Assembly: GCA_017629175.1 (NCBI GenBank) | Contig: JAGBXS010000028.1 | Location: forward strand, 1 to 53,042 | From: Clostridia bacterium | GTDB taxonomy: Bacteria; Bacillota; Clostridia; Oscillospirales; CAG-382 | Length of the DNA stretch: 53,042 bases | Reading direction: 5' to 3' | Shown: positions 27,181 through 36,784 of the stretch, in pieces | Position numbering within the stretch: the first letter of the stretch is position 1 | Layout of the letters: each line of letters opens with the position of its first letter | Notes under the pieces: generated by a model | The model's input: the letters and a program-made list of their open reading frames with translations, nothing else | What the model was told of the DNA's origin: nothing | The model's database searches: none | Translations under genes and position numbers: made by a program

Positions 27181-28704
27181 TTAAGTAAGGGAAGATTCAA
27201 ACGCGTCGATGGTTGCCTGCATATCCGTCTCTACTGCGGCAGAAATGCTATCCCAACGGGAAACGATCTCGTTGGCGGATGCGTTGTTGATCAAACTGCC
27301 GTAGAAGTTGATCAAAGCGCTGTTGCCCCACTCGAACATAGCGCCGGTGTCATAGAAACGGTTGCTGTATATCAGATCCAGCATCTCGGCATCGTTGTTA
27401 TCGGTCAACGCCTGAAGCTGAAGAGTCTGCTGGTAATATGCCTCGGTAACGCCTTTGCTGTGGAAGCCCAACGCCTGGAGAAGAACACAAGTTGCTTCTT
27501 TATTATCAGTATTGGAAACGGGAATACCGATGACGGAGGACTGATAGCGGTTTACGGTGTTGTAGTAGTTGGTCTGTGCCTCATCGTACTTCGGGATGGG
27601 CAGAACGCCGAACTCGAAGTTAAAGTCGTCGCCGCGAGCCTTCAGAATAGAAATGGAGCCGGAGGTGGTGTTATAGAACAGACCTCTGCCGCTGACGAAC
27701 ATTTCCTCCAACTCGGCAAAGCCGTACTTGGAAGGCTTGGAGCCCTGACCGATGATCAGCTCTGCACGCTGAGTAACGGTCTTATCGGACATCAAGGAAT
27801 AAACCTTATCGAACAGAGTAACACCCTGCTCGGTACCAACGTTCAGGCTGAAGTAGCCGTTGTCGTCAGGAGAAACCGTAGCAAAGCCAAAGCCGTTCAT
27901 CATAACGGTTGCACCGTATGCGTGAGAAAGATTGCCGTAAGTAGCAAAGAAATCCCACTGACCGTCGGCGCTGGGCTGAGATACAACGCGGCACATTTCT
28001 TCGAACACATCGATGGTGAACTTACCGTCCTTAACCATCTGATAGATATCGCCGTAGGTGGACTCCAACACGGTATTGTCGTTAAACATATCCTTGTTGA
28101 AGAGATACAGATACACGTTGTCGTCATCGGTGATCAGGGCATCGCCGGAAAGGAAATAATGCTTGCCGGCAATGGACAAGGAATCGATGGCAGCGGTATC
28201 CCACCAAGAATAGGAATAATCCAGAGTATCGTCTACAGACCAGAACAGATTCTCGCTGACGCTCTGCATCATACGGTCTACGGACTCACACACCAGGTCA
28301 TAGTCACACAAGCCGCTTTCCACAAGGGTACGCAGCTCGGTTACGGGATAATCAACGGAGTGGGTCTCGATGGACAAGCCATAGGTCTCCTCGATCAAGT
28401 CATTACGCGCCTTAACTGCCTCGCTGACAGCAGTGTAATTGCTTTCGGCATCGGGAGTGAACTGCAACGTACCGTAAACGTGTCGGTTGGTGCTGACACA
28501 AAGGATCTTCAAGGTCTTTTCTTCATAAAAATCCTCATACGGGAAGACCTCTTCGGGAGGGGTACTTACATCCTGCTCTGTCTTGGAAGAGTTCTCTTCG
28601 CCAACAGGAGCGGAAGACGTTTCTGTGGAGGACTGGCAGGATGCCAGCATCAGTAAAAGGGTGGCGACAAGAAGGAGAGCGGAAACGATAGATCTCAGCT
28701 TCAT
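27181..28704 (-). CDS. Extracellular solute-binding lipoprotein (carbohydrate ABC SBP-like)
   Basis: Lipobox LASC; RNDLIEETYG, LFNKDMF, GKFTID and FGVLPIPKYDE motifs. Confidence 0.82.
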   Translation of the reverse strand: MKLRSIVSALLLVATLLLMLASCQSSTETSSAPVGEENSSKTEQDVSTPPEEVFPYEDFYEEKTLKILCVSTNRHVYGTLQFTPDAESNYTAVSEAVKARNDLIEETYGLSIETHSVDYPVTELRTLVESGLCDYDLVCESVDRMMQSVSENLFWSVDDTLDYSYSWWDTAAIDSLSIAGKHYFLSGDALITDDDNVYLYLFNKDMFNDNTVLESTYGDIYQMVKDGKFTIDVFEEMCRVVSQPSADGQWDFFATYGNLSHAYGATVMMNGFGFATVSPDDNGYFSLNVGTEQGVTLFDKVYSLMSDKTVTQRAELIIGQGSKPSKYGFAELEEMFVSGRGLFYNTTSGSISILKARGDDFNFEFGVLPIPKYDEAQTNYYNTVNRYQSSVIGIPVSNTDNKEATCVLLQALGFHSKGVTEAYYQQTLQLQALTDNNDAEMLDLIYSNRFYDTGAMFEWGNSALINFYGSLINNASANEIVSRWDSISAAVETDMQATIDAFESSLT

Positions 28705-28740
28705 AAAATGCGACCTCACAAAATATTATTTCTTGAAAAC

Positions 28741-28769
28741 ATTATACCAAAGGAAAGTATTTTTTTCAA
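28741..28769 (-). promoter_or_regulatory. SigmaA promoter of the SBP-DUF4855 cluster
   Basis: TTGAAA-N17-TATAAT with extended TG. Confidence 0.7.
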
Positions 28770-28794
28770 CAGAGAAACCAATAAATCTGCGGTC

Positions 28795-30045
28795 TCATTT
28801 TTGTGCATTTTGCTCATTTTCGAGTATCGCAAGTTTGATACAATAACAGAGCAACGGTGCCGCCTCAGCCAACTCGTTCAAGGAAGGATAGGAAGGTGCA
28901 ATACGAAGAATATTATCATCGGGATCTTTTCCGTAAGGGAACGGTGCCCCTGCCCCGGTCAGAACAAGGCCTGCATCTTTCGCAAGCTGAACAACGCGCT
29001 TTGCACAGCCCTTGGGAAGAGTCATTGCGATAAAATAGCCGCCGTTGGGCTTGGTCCAATGAACGCCCTCCACCTCGGAAAGCTCTTTATCAAAAACTCT
29101 ATACAAAAGCTGGAATTTGGGCTGCAGAATGCTTTGATGAACCTTCATGTGCTCCTTCACATCCTCCAGATTGCGGAAAATGCGGGAGTGGCGCAGCTGG
29201 TTCAGCTTATCGTGACCGATGGTCTGGAACTTAAGCTCTTCCAGGAATCGAGCGATATTACGGGGGCTGGAAGCCATGCAGGAGATACCTGCGCCGGAAT
29301 AGGTGATCTTGGAAGTAGACATAAACTCGATAAACAGGTCTTCGTTGTCATACTTCTTTGCTTCTGCAAAAATATCAGCCAGATAGTCGGGAGTTTCGGT
29401 CAAATGGTGCAAAACGTATGCGTTATCCCAGAACACACGGAAATCCTTTGCGGCAGGCTTCAGCTTAGCGAAACGCTCTACAACTTCGGGAGAGTAAGTG
29501 ATACCGCTGGGATTGGAATACTTGGGAACGCACCAGATACCCTTGATGGTATCATCCTCGGCGACAAGCTTTTCCACGATATCCATATCGGGGCCTTCAT
29601 CAAGGAGCGGAACGTTGATCATATTGATGCCGAAGAATTCGCAGATAGCGAAATGTCTGTCGTAACCGGGAACAGGACAGAGGAAAGAGATCTGCTCGTA
29701 TTTGCCCCAGGGCTTACAATCATCTGCCACACCGTGGAACATGGCACGGGCAACGGTATCGTACATCAAGTTCAAGCTGGAGTTACCGCCAACGATCACC
29801 TGCTCCATAGGAACGTTCAAGATCTCGCCGAACAGACGCTTCATCTCGTTGATGCCGTCCAAGCCGCCGTAATTACGGCAGTCGGTACCGGTCTCGGAGA
29901 AACACTCGTCATTGCGGATAACCGCTGTCAGCAATCTGGACATAGTGCCCAACTGCTCGGGAGAGGGTTTACCTCTGGACATGTCAAGCTTCTTACCCTT
30001 GGCCTTAATGTTGTTATATTCTTTCAGAATTTGCTCGTAATTCAT
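28795..30045 (-). CDS. PLP-dependent aminotransferase class I/II (aspartate aminotransferase-like)
   Basis: LDMSRGKP, CPVPGYDRHF, VPKYSNP, WDNAY, STSKIT, PNGGYF and RIAPS motifs. Confidence 0.9.
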   Translation of the reverse strand: MNYEQILKEYNNIKAKGKKLDMSRGKPSPEQLGTMSRLLTAVIRNDECFSETGTDCRNYGGLDGINEMKRLFGEILNVPMEQVIVGGNSSLNLMYDTVARAMFHGVADDCKPWGKYEQISFLCPVPGYDRHFAICEFFGINMINVPLLDEGPDMDIVEKLVAEDDTIKGIWCVPKYSNPSGITYSPEVVERFAKLKPAAKDFRVFWDNAYVLHHLTETPDYLADIFAEAKKYDNEDLFIEFMSTSKITYSGAGISCMASSPRNIARFLEELKFQTIGHDKLNQLRHSRIFRNLEDVKEHMKVHQSILQPKFQLLYRVFDKELSEVEGVHWTKPNGGYFIAMTLPKGCAKRVVQLAKDAGLVLTGAGAPFPYGKDPDDNILRIAPSYPSLNELAEAAPLLCYCIKLAILENEQNAQK

Positions 30046-30083
30046 TTCGGGATAACCTCTGTAAAATAATCAAAAAGATGCAA

Positions 30084-31490
30084 TTAAAACTCTGCGTTGC
30101 CGGTGGTACGGGGGAAAGCCTCCACGTCGCGAATGTTGGAAATGCCGGTCAGATACATGATCAGTCGCTCGAAGCCCAAGCCGAAGCCGGCGTGCTTTAC
30201 GCCGCCGTACTTGCGAAGTTCCAGATACCACCAGTAATCCTCGGGATTCATACCCATTTCGGTAATGCGAGCCTCCAGAACATCAAGACGCTCCTCTCTC
30301 TGGGAACCGCCGATCAGCTCGCCGACACCGGGAACCAACATATCTGCGGCGGCAACGGTCTTGCCGTCGTCGTTCAGGCGCATATAGAAGGCTTTGATCT
30401 CCTTGGGATAGTCGGTAACAAACACGGGCTTGCAGAAGATCTGCTCGGTCAGGTAGCGTTCATGCTCGGTCTGCAGATCGCATCCCCAAGAAACGGGATA
30501 ATCAAACTTGTGACCGCTTTCCTGCAACAGGCGGATAGCCTCGGTATAGGTGCAGCGGGCAAAGGGTGTATTTGCAACGAAGTTCAAGCGCTCCAGCAGA
30601 CCCTTGTCGATAAACTGGTTAAAGAATGCCAGCTCATTGGGGCACTTTTCTAAAACGTCCTTGATAACGTAACGAGTCATTTCCTCCGCCAATGCGGTAT
30701 CATCCTCCAGATCAGCAAAAGCGATCTCGGGCTCGATCATCCAGAACTCCGCAGCGTGTCGGGGAGTGAAGGAATTCTCGGCACGGAAGGTGGGACCGAA
30801 GGTATATACGTTGGCGTAAGCCAATGCAAAGCACTCTGCCTGCAGCTGACCGGAAACGGTGAGGTTTGCGGGCTTGCAGAAAAAGTCCTTGGAAAAATCA
30901 ACGGTGCCCTCTTTGGTCATAGGAGGGTTTGCGGGATCCAGGGTGGTAACGCGGAACATCTCCCCTGCACCTTCGCAATCGCTGGTAGTGATCAGAGGGG
31001 TGTTTACATACACGAAGCCTTTTTCCGCAAAGAAGGCGTGGATAGCCTGTGCAGCAACGGAACGAACGCGGAAAACCGCGTTGAAGGTGTTGGCACGGGG
31101 GCGCAAATGAGCGATCGAGCGCAAGAACTCAAAGGAGTGGCGCTTGGGCTGGAGAGGATACTCGGGAGAGGATTCGCCGGTAACCTCGATGCTCTCCGCC
31201 TTCAGCTCGAAGGGCTGCTTTGCACCGGGAGTCAGCTCCAAAATACCGGTAACGATCATAGAGGCGCCAATATTCTGCTTAGCGATGGTTTTGTAATTGT
31301 CCAGCTTAGTGCTTTCAAAAACCACCTGCAGATTCTTGAAGCAGGTACCGTCATTCAATTCGATAAAGCCGAAGGCGTTGGAGGAGCGAAGTCCTTTGAC
31401 CCAACCACCCACCTGGATCGACTTCTGAGAGTAAGACTCCGGGGATTCAAAAATATCCCGAACGGAGGTCAAGCTGCTTTTGATTGCCAT
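30084..31490 (-). CDS. asnS: Asparagine--tRNA ligase
   Basis: [45 protein letters not shown] and GLGFER motifs. Confidence 0.97.
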   Translation of the reverse strand: MAIKSSLTSVRDIFESPESYSQKSIQVGGWVKGLRSSNAFGFIELNDGTCFKNLQVVFESTKLDNYKTIAKQNIGASMIVTGILELTPGAKQPFELKAESIEVTGESSPEYPLQPKRHSFEFLRSIAHLRPRANTFNAVFRVRSVAAQAIHAFFAEKGFVYVNTPLITTSDCEGAGEMFRVTTLDPANPPMTKEGTVDFSKDFFCKPANLTVSGQLQAECFALAYANVYTFGPTFRAENSFTPRHAAEFWMIEPEIAFADLEDDTALAEEMTRYVIKDVLEKCPNELAFFNQFIDKGLLERLNFVANTPFARCTYTEAIRLLQESGHKFDYPVSWGCDLQTEHERYLTEQIFCKPVFVTDYPKEIKAFYMRLNDDGKTVAAADMLVPGVGELIGGSQREERLDVLEARITEMGMNPEDYWWYLELRKYGGVKHAGFGLGFERLIMYLTGISNIRDVEAFPRTTGNAEF

Positions 31491-31554
31491 ATTTATGATC
31501 CTTTCGTATCGATCGCGCAGGGCGATCTGTTATATGTCTATAAAATCACCCTGC

Positions 31555-31583
31555 ATTATATCACGAACTCGCTCTCGTTTCAA
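31555..31583 (-). promoter_or_regulatory. SigmaA promoter of asnS
   Basis: TTGAAA-N17-TATAAT with extended TG. Confidence 0.7.
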
Positions 31584-31634
31584 GTAAAAAATCTAAATTT
31601 TTTCTGTTTTTTTCATTTTTATACGAAATATAGT

Positions 31635-31666
31635 AAAAGACCGCCCCCAAACAGGGAACGGTCTTT
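31635..31666 (-). terminator. Terminator of the flotillin operon
   Basis: Minus strand AAAGACCGTTCCC...GGGGGCGGTCTTTT. Confidence 0.7.
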
Positions 31667-31672
31667 GAAAAG

Positions 31673-32323
31673 TTACAATGATTTTTTGCTCGCGATACGC
31701 TCTTTTTCCTGTTGAAGCTCATTCAAGCGCGCTTCGTGGGCAAGGAATGCCTGCTTTTCGCCGCGAGATCTTCCGACTTTGATCAAGAAGCATGCTCCAA
31801 CGATGAACACAAGCTCAAGCAAAGCGTGCAACCACAGATACAGGAAGTACAGGTTATCGATCTCCGCGTACCCCGCCGCAACGGATTCGTAAATGTTTGA
31901 CGCATCAAAGATGCCGAATGCCGCCGCAAAGAAGCCGGAAAGATACCACGTGGGCAGGTTGGTAAACCACTCGCACATATAGATGAACAAGAAGTAATAT
32001 ACCACTACGGCAAGGATAGCCTGCAGGATAAACACCGGCGTGGATATGGCAACACGGAAACGGAAGCAGGTTTTAAACCCGTTGGATTTTCCTCCAAAGT
32101 AAGCAACAAGCAGGAAGGCTATTCCGGAAGCGATGCCGTGGATGGGAAACACCATGAAGAAGTTGCGGGAGTAATCTCCTCCTTGCTCCGCCATCAGATC
32201 CACGGGAAGAAAGGGATTTATGATCCATCTCGCCACCATAGCCGCAACGAGCGCCACAGCAAGAACAATGAAGGTGTACGCCGCATTGAGGAAAAGCCAA
32301 TGGACGGGTTGCTTTTTATCCAT
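31673..32323 (-). CDS. Hypothetical integral membrane protein (4-5 TM)
   Basis: Several hydrophobic helices; ATG overlaps the flotillin stop codon (TAATG). Confidence 0.75.
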   Translation of the reverse strand: MDKKQPVHWLFLNAAYTFIVLAVALVAAMVARWIINPFLPVDLMAEQGGDYSRNFFMVFPIHGIASGIAFLLVAYFGGKSNGFKTCFRFRVAISTPVFILQAILAVVVYYFLFIYMCEWFTNLPTWYLSGFFAAAFGIFDASNIYESVAAGYAEIDNLYFLYLWLHALLELVFIVGACFLIKVGRSRGEKQAFLAHEARLNELQQEKERIASKKSL

Positions 32324-33732
32324 TACTCAATATCCTCCGGAGAAGGCGTCACCTCGATCTTCTCGGGCTCGGAGTCTTTCTTCTTACCCAAGAATTCCGG
32401 CAGGGAGAGACCTGCCATGGAGAACAGCTCTTCCAGAGGAGGCACAGACTGCATCAAACCGGAAAGGAAGCCTGCGGTAGAGGTTTTGCCGTTGGCATTC
32501 CCTGCGCCGCTATCCCAAACGGTGACCTTATCGATCTTGATGTTCTTGATAGCTTCAACCTGAACCTTGATCAGATCCTCCATCTTGTCGGCGATCATCA
32601 GACGAAGTGCCGCATCGGGATCTCCGCCGGCAGCTTTTACTACCTCGGCGAAACCGGCAGCCTGCTTCATCAGCATCTCGTGCATACCTCTCGCCTCAGC
32701 ATCCATACGGGCAAAGATTGCGTCCGCTTCACCCTTAGCTCTGCGGCGGATCTGCTCAGCTTCCGCCTCAGCCTCCAACTCGAGTCTTCTCTTTTCGATC
32801 TCGGCCTGCACGATAACGTCGGCCTCCAAGGTAGCCATCTCACGCTGAGAACGGGCAAGCTCTGCAGCCTTTTCTGCGGCGTAGGATTCCTCTAAAGCCT
32901 TTGCAGCCTGGATCTTCTCGGCAGTTACCGCGATCTTCAGAGCCTTTGCTTCCTGCTCACGCAAGGATGCGTTGGACAGTGCGATGTCTGCCTTGGCGGC
33001 GTTTTCACCCTGGATAGCAATAGAATCTGCCTCGGAAACGTGGATACGCTGTTCCTTCTGTGCATTGGCCTGACCGATAGAACCGTCTCTTTCCTTCTCT
33101 GCAACGCTCTTCTTAGCGTCGTTGATCGCCTTAGCAGCTGCTTCCTTACCCAGCGCTACGATATAGCCGCTCTCGTCGCTGATATCGGTTACGTTTACGT
33201 TGATGAGGCGAAGACCAATCTTCTTCAGCTCAACCTCTACGTTGCGGCTGACAGCCTCGAGGAATTTATCACGGTCGGTATTGATCTCCTCAATATCCAT
33301 GGTAGCGATGATCAAACGCAGCTGACCGAAGATAATATCCTTTGCCAGTTCCTGGATCTCTGCAAGCTTCAAGCCCAAAAGACGCTCTGCCGCATTCTGC
33401 ATAACACCGCTCTCGGTAGATACACCGACGGTAAATCGAGAGGGGACGTCGATACGGATGTTCTGTCTGGAAAGTGCGTTCTTAAGGTCAACGGAAATGG
33501 ACATAGGAGTCAAATCCAAGAATTCGTATGCCTGGATCACAGGAACGATAAACTTGGCACCACCGTGAATACAAATAGCACTCTTATTGGAGCCGTCTTT
33601 GTTTTTTCCTACTTTACCGTAGATAACCATGATCTTATCGGAGGGGCACTTCTTATAACGGGAGAAAGCCCAAACGATAGAGGAAAACAGTAATACACCG
33701 ATAACCACTAATAAAATAATTGTTTCTTGCAC
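32323..33732 (-). CDS. Flotillin/SPFH (band 7) family protein
   Basis: N-terminal TM, SPFH domain (IHGGAKFIVPVIQ, GQLRLIIATM), AE-rich coiled coil, NIKIDKVTVWD; GTG start after AGGAGG. Confidence 0.93.
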   Translation of the reverse strand: MQETIILLVVIGVLLFSSIVWAFSRYKKCPSDKIMVIYGKVGKNKDGSNKSAICIHGGAKFIVPVIQAYEFLDLTPMSISVDLKNALSRQNIRIDVPSRFTVGVSTESGVMQNAAERLLGLKLAEIQELAKDIIFGQLRLIIATMDIEEINTDRDKFLEAVSRNVEVELKKIGLRLINVNVTDISDESGYIVALGKEAAAKAINDAKKSVAEKERDGSIGQANAQKEQRIHVSEADSIAIQGENAAKADIALSNASLREQEAKALKIAVTAEKIQAAKALEESYAAEKAAELARSQREMATLEADVIVQAEIEKRRLELEAEAEAEQIRRRAKGEADAIFARMDAEARGMHEMLMKQAAGFAEVVKAAGGDPDAALRLMIADKMEDLIKVQVEAIKNIKIDKVTVWDSGAGNANGKTSTAGFLSGLMQSVPPLEELFSMAGLSLPEFLGKKKDSEPEKIEVTPSPEDIE

Positions 33733-33765
33733 AGTAAAATCCTCCTAGTCAAAGAATATGTAGAA

Positions 33766-34392
33766 CTATCTTGCTTTTCTTTTAACGATCAAATCGGTTC
33801 CGCCGGAAATACCGATCACAACGATCTGCTCACCGTAGTTGAGCATTTTCTCCTCGTCGGTGACGGCATCCTTTTCCACCAGCTTGCCGTCCAGCAGGAT
33901 ATTCACCTTACCCTTCCCCTCTCTGGAGGGAGGAATACGCAAATATACGGTACCTGCCGCACCGAGAGCGTGGCTGATGTCCTCCGTTCCGTCGGCTTGC
34001 AATGCAAAGATCATACGGAACAGGAACGCAATGGCGACCATTGCGGCAAAGCCGGAAATCAAAGATACGGAAATAACCGCGGCCAAAGCCCACTCTAAGC
34101 GAACACCGAGGATACCCACCCAACCGAGAACGGTCAAGAATGCGATGATCCCGCGGAAGGAGAACAAACGCAAGCCGCCGTCCAGCTCGGTTTCGATATC
34201 GCCGTCGTTGTCAATATCGGTGTCCAGCCCGGTATCTGCATCAGCATCATCGGCACCGAGACTTCCGCCTCCGATACCGATCAACATCAAAATAGTCTGC
34301 AAAAACAGGATCACAGTAGAAGGGATTGCCACGCAGGCAAAAATCCTGCCAATATCTCCGAGACTTTCCCACCACTCAAACATATGAAGCAC
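33766..34392 (-). CDS. NfeD-like/YqiJ-like flotillin partner protein
   Basis: TM, acidic D-rich loop, two TMs, OB-fold C-terminus (GTVYLRIP...GKVNI...LIVK); start 34392 (GTG) or 34383. Confidence 0.85.
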   Translation of the reverse strand: MLHMFEWWESLGDIGRIFACVAIPSTVILFLQTILMLIGIGGGSLGADDADADTGLDTDIDNDGDIETELDGGLRLFSFRGIIAFLTVLGWVGILGVRLEWALAAVISVSLISGFAAMVAIAFLFRMIFALQADGTEDISHALGAAGTVYLRIPPSREGKGKVNILLDGKLVEKDAVTDEEKMLNYGEQIVVIGISGGTDLIVKRKAR

Positions 34393-34417
34393 CTTTCCGA
34401 ATCAAAACACGATTCCT

Positions 34418-34972
34418 TTAATCAAGATTATGCACCAGGAAATCCGCTCGCTTGCGCAACACGGCGGAATAATGAGTATAGATCATAATTTCCAAAACCA
34501 ATGACAGTCTTCGTCTGGCACCGGGAATGGGCTCACGGAAGCTCTCCGTGATATAGTGGATGTGCGTCTTCACTTCATCCTCATCCGGCAAATGGTTGCC
34601 CATCATAGCCGTCAGATTCACATAGTAGTTATACAGCTCCGAATCGTCCACCAAATCGTCACTTGCGTCGCTGAGACTACCATTAATAAAAGACAACAGC
34701 TGTGTGATGGTATCGATCTGCATACTCTCACGCAACATATTGATCATCGCAAGACGGCAAAACTGATTGCGGTCGTACTTTTTATGTACAGGCGGCGGCA
34801 AAAAGCCACGCTTCACCCAGTTCTGCACCTCATAAGGCGCAAGACCCGTCATCTTTGTCACTTGCGATAATACCAATCCCCCCGACAGGAAGATACTGTC
34901 CATCAAGTCCTTAGCTGCGTTCGGGATCGTAGCCTTGAGCTCAATGGTAGTACCCGGTAAAAATCCACTCAT
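34418..34972 (-). CDS. DUF1836 domain-containing putative transcriptional regulator
   Basis: GLVLSQV, VQNWVKRGFLPPP..KKY (MerR-like wHTH); AAGGAG RBS 7 nt before ATG 34972. Confidence 0.85.
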   Translation of the reverse strand: MSGFLPGTTIELKATIPNAAKDLMDSIFLSGGLVLSQVTKMTGLAPYEVQNWVKRGFLPPPVHKKYDRNQFCRLAMINMLRESMQIDTITQLLSFINGSLSDASDDLVDDSELYNYYVNLTAMMGNHLPDEDEVKTHIHYITESFREPIPGARRRLSLVLEIMIYTHYSAVLRKRADFLVHNLD

Positions 34973-35000
34973 AGTCATACTCCTTTCTGAATTCATGAAG

Positions 35001-35029
35001 ATTATAGCACATAGTCACGCGATTGTCAA
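35001..35029 (-). promoter_or_regulatory. SigmaA promoter of DUF1836-NfeD-flotillin
   Basis: Perfect TTGACA-N17-TATAAT with extended TG. Confidence 0.85.
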
Positions 35030-35088
35030 TAGGGTTTTGACAATTTTTCGCAAAAAAAAGCTCCTTTTTTCAAAGAAGCTTTTTTGGA

Positions 35089-36759
35089 TCATTCCTCGGG
35101 CTGCAGGAAATGCTTTCTGGCAATATCGTTACGCACGTAAAGACGATGCTCGGAATATTGATAACCGCCTTTCCACAAATGATATTCGGGAAGTACCAGC
35201 ACGGAGGTATAATATTGTACGTAGATATCGCGATATTCCGGGAACAGGGTCTTTAGCTGACATTTATCAAAGGTAATCTCCGGCAAACCCATTTCGCGCC
35301 AAGACTCCAGAACCGATCGATTCTCCTCCTCGGAGGGAATGCGATGGGTAACGTAAGTCATATCGGCTACCCCGCCGTTCATATTGACGACGACGTTGGT
35401 ATCGTAGTAGGCATTCAAAGCAACGCCGTTGACGGTTTGGTTTGTGTTGGTGTAGGTCACCATTCCGTTGTCATCCGTCAGCTGCATCCAACGCACCATC
35501 ACGCCGTAATCGGACAAGCCATATTGATCCAAATAATCGGAAAGCTGTTGGGCAAACCCATATTGATAGATCACTTCATTATAACATGCCCCGATATTCC
35601 AATAAAGCGAGACGGCAACGCATACGGAAATGCATCCCCATAAGATGCCTTTAAACGCGGGAAAGAAGCTTTCGGAAGCGCTCTCCCCCGCCTTCTCCCG
35701 CTCCTTCACGCTGATGCAAGCCCAGAAGAGAAGGAACTGAAGCAAAACGTCGATATGCTGCAAATAGAAATACACAATACCGCTAAACAGCGCAAACAAA
35801 GCGAAGGGGATCAAGAAAGCATGATTCGTTTTGCACTTCTTCCCGCAGTAAAAAATAAAGGCAAGGAGGCAAGCCCCCAGAACGCAACCGATCACAAGCT
35901 TGGGGATGTTGAACACTGCATAGCGAAGCTCATCATAATCATCATAGGCAGAGAAAAACGTAGCATCTGCCAAGGAGCCTGTGAACATATAAAGAATTCT
36001 CACCGGCAAAGGGTTGCTACCGGAAAGTCCGTAGCTGGCGGCAAAGGTATCGCTCCGAGGTAAAATAGAAGCAATGTTCACAAGCGCAAAAAGCAACAAT
36101 GTCAGCAAGGAATAAAAGCGCGTTCCTTTGAGCAAGGCGCGGATATATCCGCTAAAGGACATCCCTTCCTTCAGCTCCCAAAGCCATGCCAAGGTAATGC
36201 CGCCTGCAAAGATAATGCCATAGGCACTGGAGGAGCACATCAGCATCAAAGCAAGGCAAAAACGGAAAGGCTTTTCGTTCTTTTGTTGCCATAAAATTGC
36301 AGCAAGCAAAAAACCGATCAGCAGGATAGAATACGGACGGCAGATCACTCCGTGCTGATAGAATAAGAAATAGGTAAACGGCAACAGAAGCCGCACCGTT
36401 CGCGGGAACGGCATCTTAAACAAGAGCAAAGCAACCGCGACGGTGTTCAAGGCCAACGTCAAAAGCTTCAAGGTGAGATCAAAATCTGCACCAACCTTTG
36501 CAAACACAGCCAAAACCACATACCAAAAGGGAGGATGCCCCTCGTAATGAGGGATCTCAAATAAAATCTCCGACCAGGAGCCATCCCGGGCGATCAGCCA
36601 TGCCTGCGCTTCGTCATACCAGGGCTCGTGAAAACACATCATTGCGGAAAGAGCTACGATATAAAAGCAAAGAACAGCAAACTCTAAAGTACCGCATTTG
36701 TGAGCATTAAAGCGATTTAAGGAACAAATAATTTTGTTGAACGCGGTGTTTTCCTTCAC
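35089..36759 (-). CDS. Polytopic membrane protein, putative GT-C fold glycosyltransferase
   Basis: HEPWYDEAQAWLIARD and YEGHPPFWY in the first external loop, CRPYS, about 10 TMs; GTG start after GGAGG. Confidence 0.7.
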   Translation of the reverse strand: MKENTAFNKIICSLNRFNAHKCGTLEFAVLCFYIVALSAMMCFHEPWYDEAQAWLIARDGSWSEILFEIPHYEGHPPFWYVVLAVFAKVGADFDLTLKLLTLALNTVAVALLLFKMPFPRTVRLLLPFTYFLFYQHGVICRPYSILLIGFLLAAILWQQKNEKPFRFCLALMLMCSSSAYGIIFAGGITLAWLWELKEGMSFSGYIRALLKGTRFYSLLTLLLFALVNIASILPRSDTFAASYGLSGSNPLPVRILYMFTGSLADATFFSAYDDYDELRYAVFNIPKLVIGCVLGACLLAFIFYCGKKCKTNHAFLIPFALFALFSGIVYFYLQHIDVLLQFLLFWACISVKEREKAGESASESFFPAFKGILWGCISVCVAVSLYWNIGACYNEVIYQYGFAQQLSDYLDQYGLSDYGVMVRWMQLTDDNGMVTYTNTNQTVNGVALNAYYDTNVVVNMNGGVADMTYVTHRIPSEEENRSVLESWREMGLPEITFDKCQLKTLFPEYRDIYVQYYTSVLVLPEYHLWKGGYQYSEHRLYVRNDIARKHFLQPEE

Positions 36760-36784
36760 GGGATCGCCTCCCTTCGTCAAAAAT

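Noticed and set aside
26713-28656. 647-aa plus-strand ORF, and similar long ORFs at 24050-25201, 28708-30069, 36734-38467 and 51627-52751 (minus)
   Set aside because: All lie antisense to well-supported genes and show no protein family motifs
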